The notes under the pieces were generated by a model. It was not told where the DNA came from and did not search any database. It saw only the letters and a list, made by a program, of their open reading frames with translations. 41,630 nt of DNA, taken from assembly GCA_964391395.1 (NCBI GenBank), contig CAYMLJ010000002.1:1-41630 (forward strand). Direction: 5' to 3'. The position numbers and the translations under genes are program-made. This DNA comes from an uncultured Ruminiclostridium sp. GTDB taxonomy: Bacteria > Bacillota > Clostridia > DSM-8532. Positions 19,302 through 28,022 of this stretch are shown here, piece by piece (the first letter of the stretch is position 1; each line of letters opens with the position of its first letter).

Positions 19302-20651
19302 ATGGGAAAACTATTTGGAACAGACGGTGTCAGAGGTGTTGCCAACACAGAATTAACAGGAGAAATCGCATATAATTTAGGTAGGGCGGGTGCCTATGTA
19401 TTAGCAAGCGAATCTTTACATATGCCCAGAATCCTGGTAGGTAAGGATACTCGTAGATCCGGAGATATGCTGGAAAAGGCTTTAGTTGCAGGAATTTGTT
19501 CGGCGGGAGCCGAAGCCGTATTGGCCGGGTTCATCCCGACTCCGGCAATAGCCCATTTAGTGCGTGAACATAGATTTGACGCGGGGGTTGTTATTTCGGC
19601 TTCGCATAATCCCGCCGAATTTAATGGAATTAAATTTTTTAATTCTGAGGGGTATAAGCTATCAGATGCAATGGAAGATAGGATTGAGGACATAATTTTA
19701 AATAATACCGAGACAATACCCAGTCCTCAAGGAATAGACGTAGGCATTACTTCTGAGCTTGTTACGGCTATAGATGACTATGTTGAATTTGCCACAAGTA
19801 CTATAAAAGGAAATTTTAAGGGTCTGAAAATAGCCATGGATTGTGCAAACGGTGCATCATATGTTACCTCACCAACGGCTGTCCGTAAGCTGGGCGCAGA
19901 GCTTTTAGTTATCAATAACGACCCTGACGGTCTAAATATAAATAAGGATTGCGGGTCAACCCATCTTAATATGCTAAAGAGTTTTACTAGGGAAAATGGC
20001 TGTGATATAGGGATAGCATTTGATGGTGACGCTGACAGAGTGCTTTTTATAGATGAAAATGGAGAGTTTGTGGATGGCGATAAGGTAATGGCTATAATCG
20101 GGCTTTACCTTAAAAAGAATAACCTTCTTAAGAACAATACTATCGTGGCTACAGTTATGAGTAATCTTGGCTTTGATATAATGGCCAGAGAAAACGGGAT
20201 TAATTTAGTTAAGACGTCTGTTGGAGACCGTTATGTTCTTGAAAAAATGCTTGAAGGAGACTATATTATCGGAGGAGAGCAATCCGGGCATATTATCATT
20301 CGTAATTTTAATACTACAGGAGATGGTCTTGTAACAGCATTGCAGCTTTTAGCCATAATGAAGGAGTCGGGTAAAAAGCTTTCTGAGTTGGCAAGTGTTA
20401 TGCAAATATTCCCCCAGGTTCTTAAAAACGCCAAGGTGAGTAATGGTAAAAAGTATAGCTACCTTGATGATGCTGTCATTGCAAAAAAATGTAGTGAACT
20501 GGAAGAAACCTTCCATGGAGAAGGTCGTGTTTTGATTAGGCCTTCAGGAACAGAGCCACTGGTAAGAGTAATGATAGAGGGTAGAGAACAAGAATACATT
20601 ACAAACAAAGCAATTGAACTGGTAAAGATTATCGAAGAGCGTCTAGCCTAG
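19302..20651 (+). CDS. glmM: Phosphoglucosamine mutase
   Basis: [13 protein letters not shown]-terminus, active-site [14 protein letters not shown], and GDADR. I prefer the ATG at 19302 (TGGAGG RBS) over the track's TTG at 19260, which lies inside the terminator. Confidence 0.95.
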   Translation: MGKLFGTDGVRGVANTELTGEIAYNLGRAGAYVLASESLHMPRILVGKDTRRSGDMLEKALVAGICSAGAEAVLAGFIPTPAIAHLVREHRFDAGVVISASHNPAEFNGIKFFNSEGYKLSDAMEDRIEDIILNNTETIPSPQGIDVGITSELVTAIDDYVEFATSTIKGNFKGLKIAMDCANGASYVTSPTAVRKLGAELLVINNDPDGLNINKDCGSTHLNMLKSFTRENGCDIGIAFDGDADRVLFIDENGEFVDGDKVMAIIGLYLKKNNLLKNNTIVATVMSNLGFDIMARENGINLVKTSVGDRYVLEKMLEGDYIIGGEQSGHIIIRNFNTTGDGLVTALQLLAIMKESGKKLSELASVMQIFPQVLKNAKVSNGKKYSYLDDAVIAKKCSELEETFHGEGRVLIRPSGTEPLVRVMIEGREQEYITNKAIELVKIIEERLA

Positions 20652-20681
20652 CCTTTATTGGTTATAACATCAGGTTTTGCT

Positions 20682-20720
20682 GGCAGGAGTTTTTTAAAAT
20701 ATCCTGCCTTATTATTTTAA
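20682..20720 (+). terminator. Probable terminator after glmM
   Basis: GGCAGGA (20682-20688) pairs with TCCTGCC (20702-20708), followed by a T-rich tail. The loop is rather large (13 nt). Confidence 0.5.
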
Positions 20721-20809
20721 AGACTTGAATAGTCAGAATTAACCCATTAGAATATAATAGAAATGAAATGCAAAGTATCTGTCGGAAAGGAGCATTATTG
20801 TAAAGACAG

Positions 20810-20957
20810 AATAGCAAGCGCCGGGACTAAGATTAATCTTAGTTGACGAGGAGAGGGAGGTTATCGAAATATTCGGCGGAAACCCTCCGGTGACCCACCA
20901 TCGTAAAAACACCAACAAAGTCTGTCGGTGACGATAGAGACAGAAAGTGTTAAGTGG
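20810..20957 (+). promoter_or_regulatory. glmS ribozyme (GlcN6P-activated self-cleaving riboswitch)
   Basis: AGCGCCGGGACT...AGTTGACGAGGAGAGGGAGGTTATCGAAATATTCGGCGGAAACCCTCCGGTGAC...GGTGACGATAGAGACAG matches the conserved glmS ribozyme core. The predicted cleavage site is between A20817 and G20818. Confidence 0.9.
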
Positions 20958-21134
20958 ACTTATGCATTTCTTTTAATTCATAGTATTAATAATTTAATAT
21001 GACAACAAGAGCTGCTTATATAGAGCGGTTATGTTTGTTTCAGTAAGAGCACCAAAGATGGATATCAAATGAGATATTTGTATTTTTGATGGTCTTAAGA
21101 TCTTTACCTAAAAAAGTTTGGAGGAGTATTTTTT

Positions 21135-22961
21135 ATGTGCGGAATTGTTGGATATATAGGCGAAAGAGATGTTACACCTGTTCTTGTCAACGGACTTAAA
21201 AAGCTGGAATACAGAGGATATGATTCAGCAGGAATTGCCATACTTAATGACAATCAGATATCAGTTGTCAAAGCTAAGGGGCGCTTGACCAGCCTTGAAG
21301 AAAAGCTTTGCAATATAAAGCTAAACGGTCATTTGGGTATTGGCCATACCAGATGGGCAACCCACGGAGAGCCCAATGATATTAATTCTCATCCACACAT
21401 CAGCAATAATGGCAATATTGCAGTTGTACATAACGGAATTATTGAAAACTATATGCAGCTTAAAGGCTTTCTCACGGGAAAGGGATATGATTTTGTATCT
21501 GAGACAGATACAGAGGTTATTGCCCATCTGATAGATTATAATTACAAAGGGGACTTGCTTAAAGCGGTAATGAATACCATGAATGATGTTGAAGGTGCCT
21601 ATGCTCTTGGGGTAATTTGCTCTGAATATCCCGATAGATTTATAGCTGCAAGGAAAGACAGTCCCTTAATTGTCGGTTTAGGTGAAAAGGAGAACTTCAT
21701 AGCTTCGGATATCCCGGCAATTTTAGAATACACTCGAGATATTTATATTCTTGAGGATAAGGAAGTTGTAAGCATTACCTCAAATGGCGCGGAGATATTC
21801 AACCTCTTGGGAGAGAGGGTACATAGGGATGTATTTCATGTGGACTGGGACATAACATCGGCTGAAAAAGGCGGATATGAACACTTTATGATGAAGGAGA
21901 TTTGTGAGGAGCCGGGTGCAATTAAAGCGACATTAAGCCCAAGAATTCAGAATAATCAAATCATTTTGGACAAATTCAATATCCCCGATGAATTAATAAT
22001 AAATTGTGAAAAAATCAATATAATTGCTTGCGGAACGGCTTATCATGCAGGAGTTGTCGGTAAATACGTTATTGAAAAGCTTGCACGAACACCGGTTGAA
22101 GTGGATGTAGCCTCCGAATTTCGTTACCGTAATCCTATAATCAATGAAAGACAGCTTACCGTTGTTATCAGTCAATCGGGAGAGACTCTGGATACTCTTA
22201 TGGCTATGCGAGAGGCTAAGAAAAGAGGCTCAAGAATCATTGCCATTGTCAATATTGTGGGAAGCTCCATAGCAAGAGAAGCCGATGATGTTCTATATAC
22301 CTGGGCAGGGCCTGAAATAGCGGTAGCATCGACAAAGGCATATAATACCCAGCTCGCAGCGCTGTATCTTTTTGCGTTAAAACTTGCCAAGCAAAAAGGT
22401 GAGTTAAACGAAGAGACTTACCAAGATCATATCATTGAGCTTCAAAAGTTACCACAGCAGGTTGAGGCGGTTCTGGGAGAAAGAGAGTTAATTCAGAAGT
22501 TTGCTTATGAGCATTTTAATGCTAAAAGTGTATTTTTTATTGGCAGAAGTATGGATTATGCGCTTTCAATGGAGGGTTCTTTAAAGCTAAAAGAAATTTC
22601 CTACATACATTCGGAGGCCTATGCAGGCGGAGAATTGAAGCATGGCACCATTGCGTTAATTGAGGAGGGAACTTTGGTAATATGTCCTTTGACCCAGGAT
22701 TACTTGATTGATAAAATGATCAGCAATATCCGGGAAATAAAGGCCAGAGGTGCTGTTGTGTTAGCAATAACTACTAAAAATAAAGAAGAAGATATTAAAG
22801 AAATAGCAGATGCTGTCATAACAATACCGGACATGGATAACATCTTAGCACCGGCAGTAGCCGTTGCCCCGATGCAGCTTTTTGCGTATTATGTATCGGT
22901 AATGAAAGGAAACGATGTGGATAAGCCGAGAAATCTTGCAAAAAGTGTTACGGTGGAATAG
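21135..22961 (+). CDS. glmS: Glutamine--fructose-6-phosphate aminotransferase
   Basis: 608 aa, MCGIVGY N-terminal nucleophile, two SIS domains, C-terminal KSVTVE. Confidence 0.97.
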   Translation: MCGIVGYIGERDVTPVLVNGLKKLEYRGYDSAGIAILNDNQISVVKAKGRLTSLEEKLCNIKLNGHLGIGHTRWATHGEPNDINSHPHISNNGNIAVVHNGIIENYMQLKGFLTGKGYDFVSETDTEVIAHLIDYNYKGDLLKAVMNTMNDVEGAYALGVICSEYPDRFIAARKDSPLIVGLGEKENFIASDIPAILEYTRDIYILEDKEVVSITSNGAEIFNLLGERVHRDVFHVDWDITSAEKGGYEHFMMKEICEEPGAIKATLSPRIQNNQIILDKFNIPDELIINCEKINIIACGTAYHAGVVGKYVIEKLARTPVEVDVASEFRYRNPIINERQLTVVISQSGETLDTLMAMREAKKRGSRIIAIVNIVGSSIAREADDVLYTWAGPEIAVASTKAYNTQLAALYLFALKLAKQKGELNEETYQDHIIELQKLPQQVEAVLGERELIQKFAYEHFNAKSVFFIGRSMDYALSMEGSLKLKEISYIHSEAYAGGELKHGTIALIEEGTLVICPLTQDYLIDKMISNIREIKARGAVVLAITTKNKEEDIKEIADAVITIPDMDNILAPAVAVAPMQLFAYYVSVMKGNDVDKPRNLAKSVTVE

Positions 22962-23067
22962 TGTGTTAATAAATAAAATTTATATAGTGTTGTTAATTAA
23001 TTTATAGATGTGGTATGTTTAAATTAAGTGATTATTAATTTAGTTTATTTCGAAAGGAGTCATTACT

Positions 23068-23247
23068 ATGGCAGGAAAATTTGAAATTTATAAGGACAAA
23101 GCAGGGGAATTTCGTTTTAGATTAAAGGCATCTAATGGCCAAACAATCGCAACCGGCGAAGCATATACAACAAAAGCAGCTTGCTTAAATGGTATCGAAT
23201 CAGTCAAAAAGAATGCTCCAGATGCAGTTATTGTAGAAGTCGAATAA
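23068..23247 (+). CDS. YegP/DUF1508 (UPF0339) family small protein (59 aa; below ORF-track cutoff)
   Basis: MAGKFEIYKDKAGEFRFRLKASNGQTIATGEAYTTKAACLNGIESVKKNAPDAVIVEVE is the characteristic DUF1508 repeat signature. AAGGAG RBS at 23054-23059. A terminator follows. Confidence 0.8.
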   Translation: MAGKFEIYKDKAGEFRFRLKASNGQTIATGEAYTTKAACLNGIESVKKNAPDAVIVEVE

Positions 23248-23272
23248 GAAAAGTCAAGGCACATAACCTAGT

Positions 23273-23299
23273 AAGGCAGATTAGATATCTGCCTTTTTA
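23273..23299 (+). terminator. Intrinsic terminator after the yegP-like gene
   Basis: AAGGCAGAT (23273-23281) pairs with ATCTGCCTT (23287-23295), followed by TTTT. Confidence 0.7.
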
Positions 23300-23370
23300 T
23301 GTCGGAAATGTACTTTTAATTGGGAAACAGACTATATATATCAATAGGAATTATTTATCAGACGTGAATT

Positions 23371-24471
23371 ATGAACAGATTTCTTATTGTTATATTGACA
23401 TTATCATATTTTCCTTTTAAGATTTCTTCATTTCCGGTAGAAAATAATCAAAATAAAATTGAGATTAGAGCTACGCAAATTTCGTCGGAAGAACCCTTAT
23501 TCTTAATTGATTTAACATTAGTCAGCACTGAAGAAGCATCTTTGAAAGAACAGCCAGAAATTGAAACTATAACTCTATCTTTTACCGGCGATTGCACAAT
23601 TGGCACTGATGAAAGCTATACAGGCCATACTTTTGATAAAGTGTATAGCGATATAGATGAGCCGGCATACTTTTTTCAAGGTGTAAGCAGTGTATTTAAT
23701 AATGATGATTATACATTTATCAATCTTGAAGGAGTTTTTACAAACCAAACTAAGAAGGCAAAAAAAGAATTTCGTTACAGAGGGCCTCCCGAATACTGCG
23801 AGGTTTTAAAAAAAGGCAGCATAGAGGGTGTTACACTGGCAAATAATCATACTCTGGACTATTTGCAGAGCGGATATAACGAAACTGTAAAAACATTAAA
23901 TGAATGGGAAATTGATTTCACAAATGAAGATACATATCTTATTAAAGAAATAAAAGGTGCTAAAATAGGTTTTTTAGGATACAAAGGCTGGGCCAGTGAA
24001 AATAAGTCTAACCAGCTTTTGGTTAAGCATGTTAAAGAACTGCGGGAACAGGGGGTTAGCTTTATTATTGCAAATTATCATTGGGGCGATATGTATAGCT
24101 ACAAACCCAATACACAGCAAAAGAATATGGCCCGGTTCGCCGTTGATAATGGAGTGGATTTAGTTATAGGGCATCATCCTCATGTGCTACAGGGTATAGA
24201 GAATTATAAGGGGAAGAATATTGTTTACAGCTTGGGGAATTTTTGTTACGGAGGGAAAATGAATCCTCAGGATAAGGATACCATCATATTTCAGCAATTG
24301 ATTACTTTTGACGTAACAAAAAATGAAATTACCGGAACCGAATGTAGGATTATACCTGCAAGTATATCGTCACGCACAGATATAAACAATTTTCAGCCCA
24401 TTATTGCTGTGGAAGATGAGGCCGAACGTATTTTAAAGAAATATGAAGATTTAAGCAAAAAATTAGACTGA
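23371..24471 (+). CDS. CapA-family (PGA_cap metallophosphatase-like) secreted protein
   Basis: 366 aa with a hydrophobic N-terminus. LANNHTLDY, HWG and GHHPHVLQG motifs are typical of CapA/PgsA-like proteins. Confidence 0.8.
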   Translation: MNRFLIVILTLSYFPFKISSFPVENNQNKIEIRATQISSEEPLFLIDLTLVSTEEASLKEQPEIETITLSFTGDCTIGTDESYTGHTFDKVYSDIDEPAYFFQGVSSVFNNDDYTFINLEGVFTNQTKKAKKEFRYRGPPEYCEVLKKGSIEGVTLANNHTLDYLQSGYNETVKTLNEWEIDFTNEDTYLIKEIKGAKIGFLGYKGWASENKSNQLLVKHVKELREQGVSFIIANYHWGDMYSYKPNTQQKNMARFAVDNGVDLVIGHHPHVLQGIENYKGKNIVYSLGNFCYGGKMNPQDKDTIIFQQLITFDVTKNEITGTECRIIPASISSRTDINNFQPIIAVEDEAERILKKYEDLSKKLD

Positions 24472-25827
24472 TTATTTGTTTTCATAATACAATGTTACTT
24501 GCTCGGATATACTTCTAATAAAAGAGTTACCTGCTTTTTCTGTAGTATTTTGAGTAAAGACAACAAGAATAAATGGAGTCTTGGCATAAACAATTCCTGC
24601 GTCATTGTATATACCCCGGCCTGAATTTGTTCCCGTTTTATGTGCAATTGGGTACTTTGAAGAAATACGGTTGACTCCTACGGGAATGCGCGAGTTATAT
24701 ACATTCTTCAATAAGGCATCATTAAGTTCTTTCATGTAAAAATCGGAATCCTTGTTAATAAATATATTATAGAGTATTAATGCTGTATCCATAGGAGTTA
24801 AACGGGCACATCGCTTTGCCGTACCGTATTTATCAATATTATTTTTTTGGCTATAACCGATGGCTCCTGCCATTTCTCCATAAAGACGACTATTTTTTAT
24901 ACCCAAACGATTTAAAACTGCATTGCTAAGCGTATTGTCCACTATTCTTAAACATGCATTTGAGTAATTATTATCACTGTAGCTTATCATTGATTTTACC
25001 ATAGGCATAAGCTTGAACTTTCTTCCTGTTACTTTATCGTACCATTTCTTTTCTGTATCAAGTTCTCCGTTTCGCATCATGTCACAAAAAATGTAACCTT
25101 GATATAGCTTTATAACTGAAGCGCTGTTAAAGTATCCCTCGGGAACATTGTCAGTTTCATCTATTCGGGTAAGGCTTTCGTTTACGCCATAAGAATAATT
25201 TGTTTGAAGATCCATTATGAATAATCCGTATATACTGGATATCCCGGACACCTTTTCGGCCTTGCTAATAATATTATTCATATCATATCGAAAATTTTGG
25301 CCTTCGGGACTATCGACATTGTTTGGCGGCAGAATGTCAACTAAGGGGCCCAACGTTGCTGAGGGATTCAGTATAACAGAATTAGGGGTTGGAGCCGGAG
25401 GTAAAGGCGTAGGTGTAGATGACGGTGCAGGTGTAGGAGTAGTTAAAGGCGTAGGGGTAGGCGTCGCTACAGATGATGGCATAGGTGTAGCTGAAGGCGT
25501 AGAAGTAGGTGTAGTTGCAGCTGATGGTGCAGGTATAGGAGTAGGCGTGGCTACAGACGAGGGTGTAGGTGCAGCTGAGGGCGTAGGGGCAGGCGTAGGT
25601 GCAGCTGAGAACATAGCTGAAGGTGAAGGATTAGGGTATAAACTAGGAGTTAATGAAGTTCCAGGTATAGGTTTGGGTGTAGACTCCATTTCAGGTGGCA
25701 AGGCATAAGCATAAGCATAAGTAGGGCTGATAGCTTGTTCAACAAAAAGATTCCTATTGCTCAATCCACTTGATTTAATAATGGTAAGAAAAATGAGCAT
25801 TGTAGCAATAAGGATGCACCTTTTCAT
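24472..25827 (-). CDS. Secreted serine hydrolase, class A beta-lactamase / DD-peptidase-like, with Pro/Thr/Ser-rich linker
   Basis: 451 aa. Signal-like N-terminus and a PT-rich linker of about 100 aa. Then SxxK (SVIK), SDN (YSDN) and KTG (HKTGT) motifs in the correct order. Confidence 0.8.
   Translation of the reverse strand: MKRCILIATMLIFLTIIKSSGLSNRNLFVEQAISPTYAYAYALPPEMESTPKPIPGTSLTPSLYPNPSPSAMFSAAPTPAPTPSAAPTPSSVATPTPIPAPSAATTPTSTPSATPMPSSVATPTPTPLTTPTPAPSSTPTPLPPAPTPNSVILNPSATLGPLVDILPPNNVDSPEGQNFRYDMNNIISKAEKVSGISSIYGLFIMDLQTNYSYGVNESLTRIDETDNVPEGYFNSASVIKLYQGYIFCDMMRNGELDTEKKWYDKVTGRKFKLMPMVKSMISYSDNNYSNACLRIVDNTLSNAVLNRLGIKNSRLYGEMAGAIGYSQKNNIDKYGTAKRCARLTPMDTALILYNIFINKDSDFYMKELNDALLKNVYNSRIPVGVNRISSKYPIAHKTGTNSGRGIYNDAGIVYAKTPFILVVFTQNTTEKAGNSFIRSISEQVTLYYENK
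25378..25680 (-). repeat. Low-complexity, internally repetitive segment encoding the Pro/Thr/Ser/Ala linker
   Basis: Encodes repeated ATPTP / APTPS / PSSVATPTP units (aa about 50-150). On the + strand it reads as reiterated GGTGTAGG / GCAGCTGA units. Confidence 0.8.
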
Positions 25828-25896
25828 AGTACCCCTACTTTCATAACAGTATATTAGAAAGAGAGGCTTAAAATTAACAAAATATTAATTTGGTAA

Positions 25897-25990
25897 AAAT
25901 AGTGCAAACCTTGTCAGGATAAACAAATTTGCTAAAAAAATGAGTTTATAGATAATTAGCAGCAGAGGAACAAAAATTAATAAAAAAAGA
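25897..25990 (+). repeat. Copy A of an 80-95-nt promoter-like repeat module (partner at 28023-28120)
   Basis: ATAGTGCAAACCTT..GTCAGGATAAACAAATTTGCTAAAAAAATGAGTTTATAGATAATTAGCAGCAGAGGAACAA aligns by eye with copy B (identical 11-mer AAACAAATTTG, AGATAATTA, and other blocks). Confidence 0.6.
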
Positions 25991-26010
25991 GCCGCTTCTA
26001 AGAAGCGGTC
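25982..26010 (-). terminator. Intrinsic terminator of the lyxose isomerase-fructokinase unit
   Basis: On the minus strand: GACCGCTTC-TTA-GAAGCGGCTC followed by TTTTTTT. Confidence 0.75.
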
Positions 26011-26071
26011 TTACGTGTTATACATAAAATATTTGTTCCATCAGGGGCGCCTTTGCATACATAATACTTAT

Positions 26072-27039
26072 TTACCCCAACAGTTTTTTTACTTCATCTA
26101 GGCTGGGCATTGCAGGAATTGCGCCTCTTTTCCCCACACAGATGGTAGCTGCAGCATTGCTAAATCGGGCAAAATTAGCGACATTTTCTAATTTCAGCTC
26201 AGAGGGCTCCAAGCCACTTTCTATAAGACAATATAAAAATGATCCCCAAAAAGAATCGCCAGCACCAGTGGTATCAACTACTTTAGCTTCAAAAGTAGGA
26301 ACCGTAGCCATGCCATCCTTTGTACAGACAAGGGCACCGTTTTTGCCTAAAGTGACAGTAACACAAAAAATTCCCATCTTAATCAATTCAGCAGCAGCAT
26401 CTTCAGGACGCCGCATACCCGTGAGAAGCTCAGTTTCTTCATCGGAGATTTTTATGATATCGACAAGGGAAAGGATGGACCTCATTTGCTCAATTGCTTG
26501 TTCGCGGCTTATACATAGGGATGGACGGTAATTTGGGTCATATGAGATAATTGCCCCGGCTTTTTTAGCTTCAGCAATAGCATAGAGAGTAGCACTTCTG
26601 GACGGTTCATCAGTCATTGACAGAGATCCAATATGAAATATTGCTGTGTTTTGAAGTATTTGTTTGTTTACCTCAGATATCGAAAGCTGTGTATCCGCAC
26701 CGGGCTTTCTCGCAAAGCTGAAAGTGCGTTCACCGTTTTTTGATAGAGAAACAAATGCAAGTGTGGTGAAAACATCTTTCCCTATAACCATTCCGCTTGT
26801 GTCAACACCGGCATTTTTAAGAGTATCACGTAGAAATAAGCCATGCATGTCGTCGCCGACTTTCCCGATAAAAGAAGTTTTTTTCCAAGTTTGGCGGCGG
26901 TACAAAGGACATTTGCAACTGCACCACCAGGGTTTTGCTCAAAAAGGCGCATGCCTGCTTTAGAACTACCGCTTTCGGTGAAATCAATCAGGATTTCTCC
27001 CAGGGTAGCTATATCAAATTTCTCATTCATAAAATTCAT
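26072..27039 (-). pseudogene. scrK: Fructokinase (PfkB family), disrupted by a -1 frameshift in a homopolymer
   Basis: The N-terminal 51 aa (MNEKFDIATLGEILIDF...NPGGAVANVLCTAAKLGKK) are in one frame. The rest (TSFIGKVGDDMHG...DTTGAGDSFWG...) is in another. The switch occurs at the A7 run (T7 on the + strand, 26878-26884). An eighth A would restore GKKTSFIGKVGDD. Confidence 0.8.
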
Positions 27040-27719
27040 TCCTTTGCTTTTGGATATTCGTTACAGAGCAGATACAGCGGGGCTTCATCCTCCTCAATAT
27101 CAGGGAAACGGCCATGTTCTTCATAGAAACGATTGTCTGTGTTATCATCATTAACCATAGAGACCTCTCCTATCAGAACCGGGCCATATCCTTCTTCAGC
27201 CCAGAAAGAATGATATTGCCTCTTGGGAAGAGTGATACTCATGCCCGGGGTTAGACGGATAATAGTAGCGGCAGGAACTGTGCTGCAGCAGCCATCAAGA
27301 TTGACTATTACAGGTGTGTCCAGAATATCCCCATTATTGTCCGAATTCCAGACCTGAACCATTAGATTGCCGCCCCCTCGGTTAATAATATCCTCCATTT
27401 TATACCAGTGAAAATGATTAGGGCAGATTTGATTCTCTTTTGATACTAGTAGTTTCTCCGCATAGGGTTTTTCATATTTCTTATTATGCTGATTCCCATT
27501 TCTCAAAGTGAAAAGTACGAGACCAATTTCATCAAATTTGCCATGTCCGTAATCGGTAATGTCCCAGCCAAGCATATTGTCACGAATCTCATCACAATCA
27601 TGCCCGGTCTTCTCCCATTGTGAAGGGGTCCAGAATGCAAAAGGAGGAAGATTATATCCCATAGTTCGAATAAAAGATTCCATTTCCCGTAATATATGAT
27701 TGATTTCAGAACGTTTCAT
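27036..27719 (-). CDS. D-lyxose/D-mannose family sugar isomerase (cupin)
   Basis: 227 aa with strong resemblance to the YdaE/D-lyxose ketol-isomerase family (NHFHWYKMEDIINRGGG, QYHSFWAE). AGGAGG RBS. Its stop overlaps the fructokinase start (ATGA). Confidence 0.8.
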   Translation of the reverse strand: MKRSEINHILREMESFIRTMGYNLPPFAFWTPSQWEKTGHDCDEIRDNMLGWDITDYGHGKFDEIGLVLFTLRNGNQHNKKYEKPYAEKLLVSKENQICPNHFHWYKMEDIINRGGGNLMVQVWNSDNNGDILDTPVIVNLDGCCSTVPAATIIRLTPGMSITLPKRQYHSFWAEEGYGPVLIGEVSMVNDDNTDNRFYEEHGRFPDIEEDEAPLYLLCNEYPKAKE

Positions 27720-27858
27720 AGCATATTTCCTCCTGCATATGGTTTTTTATATCCATTACCATATCACATTTTTTTTAATATTAAAAGCTTTCTGGTCAAA
27801 AGCAGAAAAGCTACAAGAGACACTTCTTTTTAGCTATGGCATAAAAGACATACGTTTA

Positions 27859-27980
27859 CGAAGTATAAGGCATCATTGCCGGTATTGGGGACATAAAGCC
27901 CTTTGACATTAACGTTGCTGATATCATAGTGCCTATTCCTACAACCGAACCGATTGAAAGATCAATATTAATAATACGGC
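27859..27980 (-). pseudogene. Possible remnant of a sugar ABC-transporter permease (RbsC/BPD_transp_2-like)
   Basis: RIINIDLSIGSVVGIGTMISATLMSKGFMSPIPAMM resembles the conserved (I/V)ITGGIDLSVGS...G.NP core of RbsC-type permeases. Only about 40 aa are present, with no proper start or C-terminus. Confidence 0.3.
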
Positions 27981-28022
27981 TCAATCGTCCGATCTCTACA
28001 TAAAAAATCAAAAGGCTGCCGA

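Noticed and set aside
22962-23067. Tn7/CAST attachment-site features directly after glmS.
   Set aside because: No Tn7 end repeats that I can recognise, and no tnsABCD or Cas genes anywhere in the window. Only the positional coincidence is reported.
23181-23420. 79-aa ORF overlapping the end of the yegP-like gene and the start of the CapA gene.
   Set aside because: It is out of frame with a well-supported DUF1508 gene, it reads through an intrinsic terminator, and its composition is Cys/Arg/Tyr-rich junk.
25217-25708. 163-aa Gly/Val/Ala-rich ORF on the + strand.
   Set aside because: It is the exact antisense of the Pro/Thr linker of the minus-strand hydrolase. It is a compositional mirror image with no RBS.
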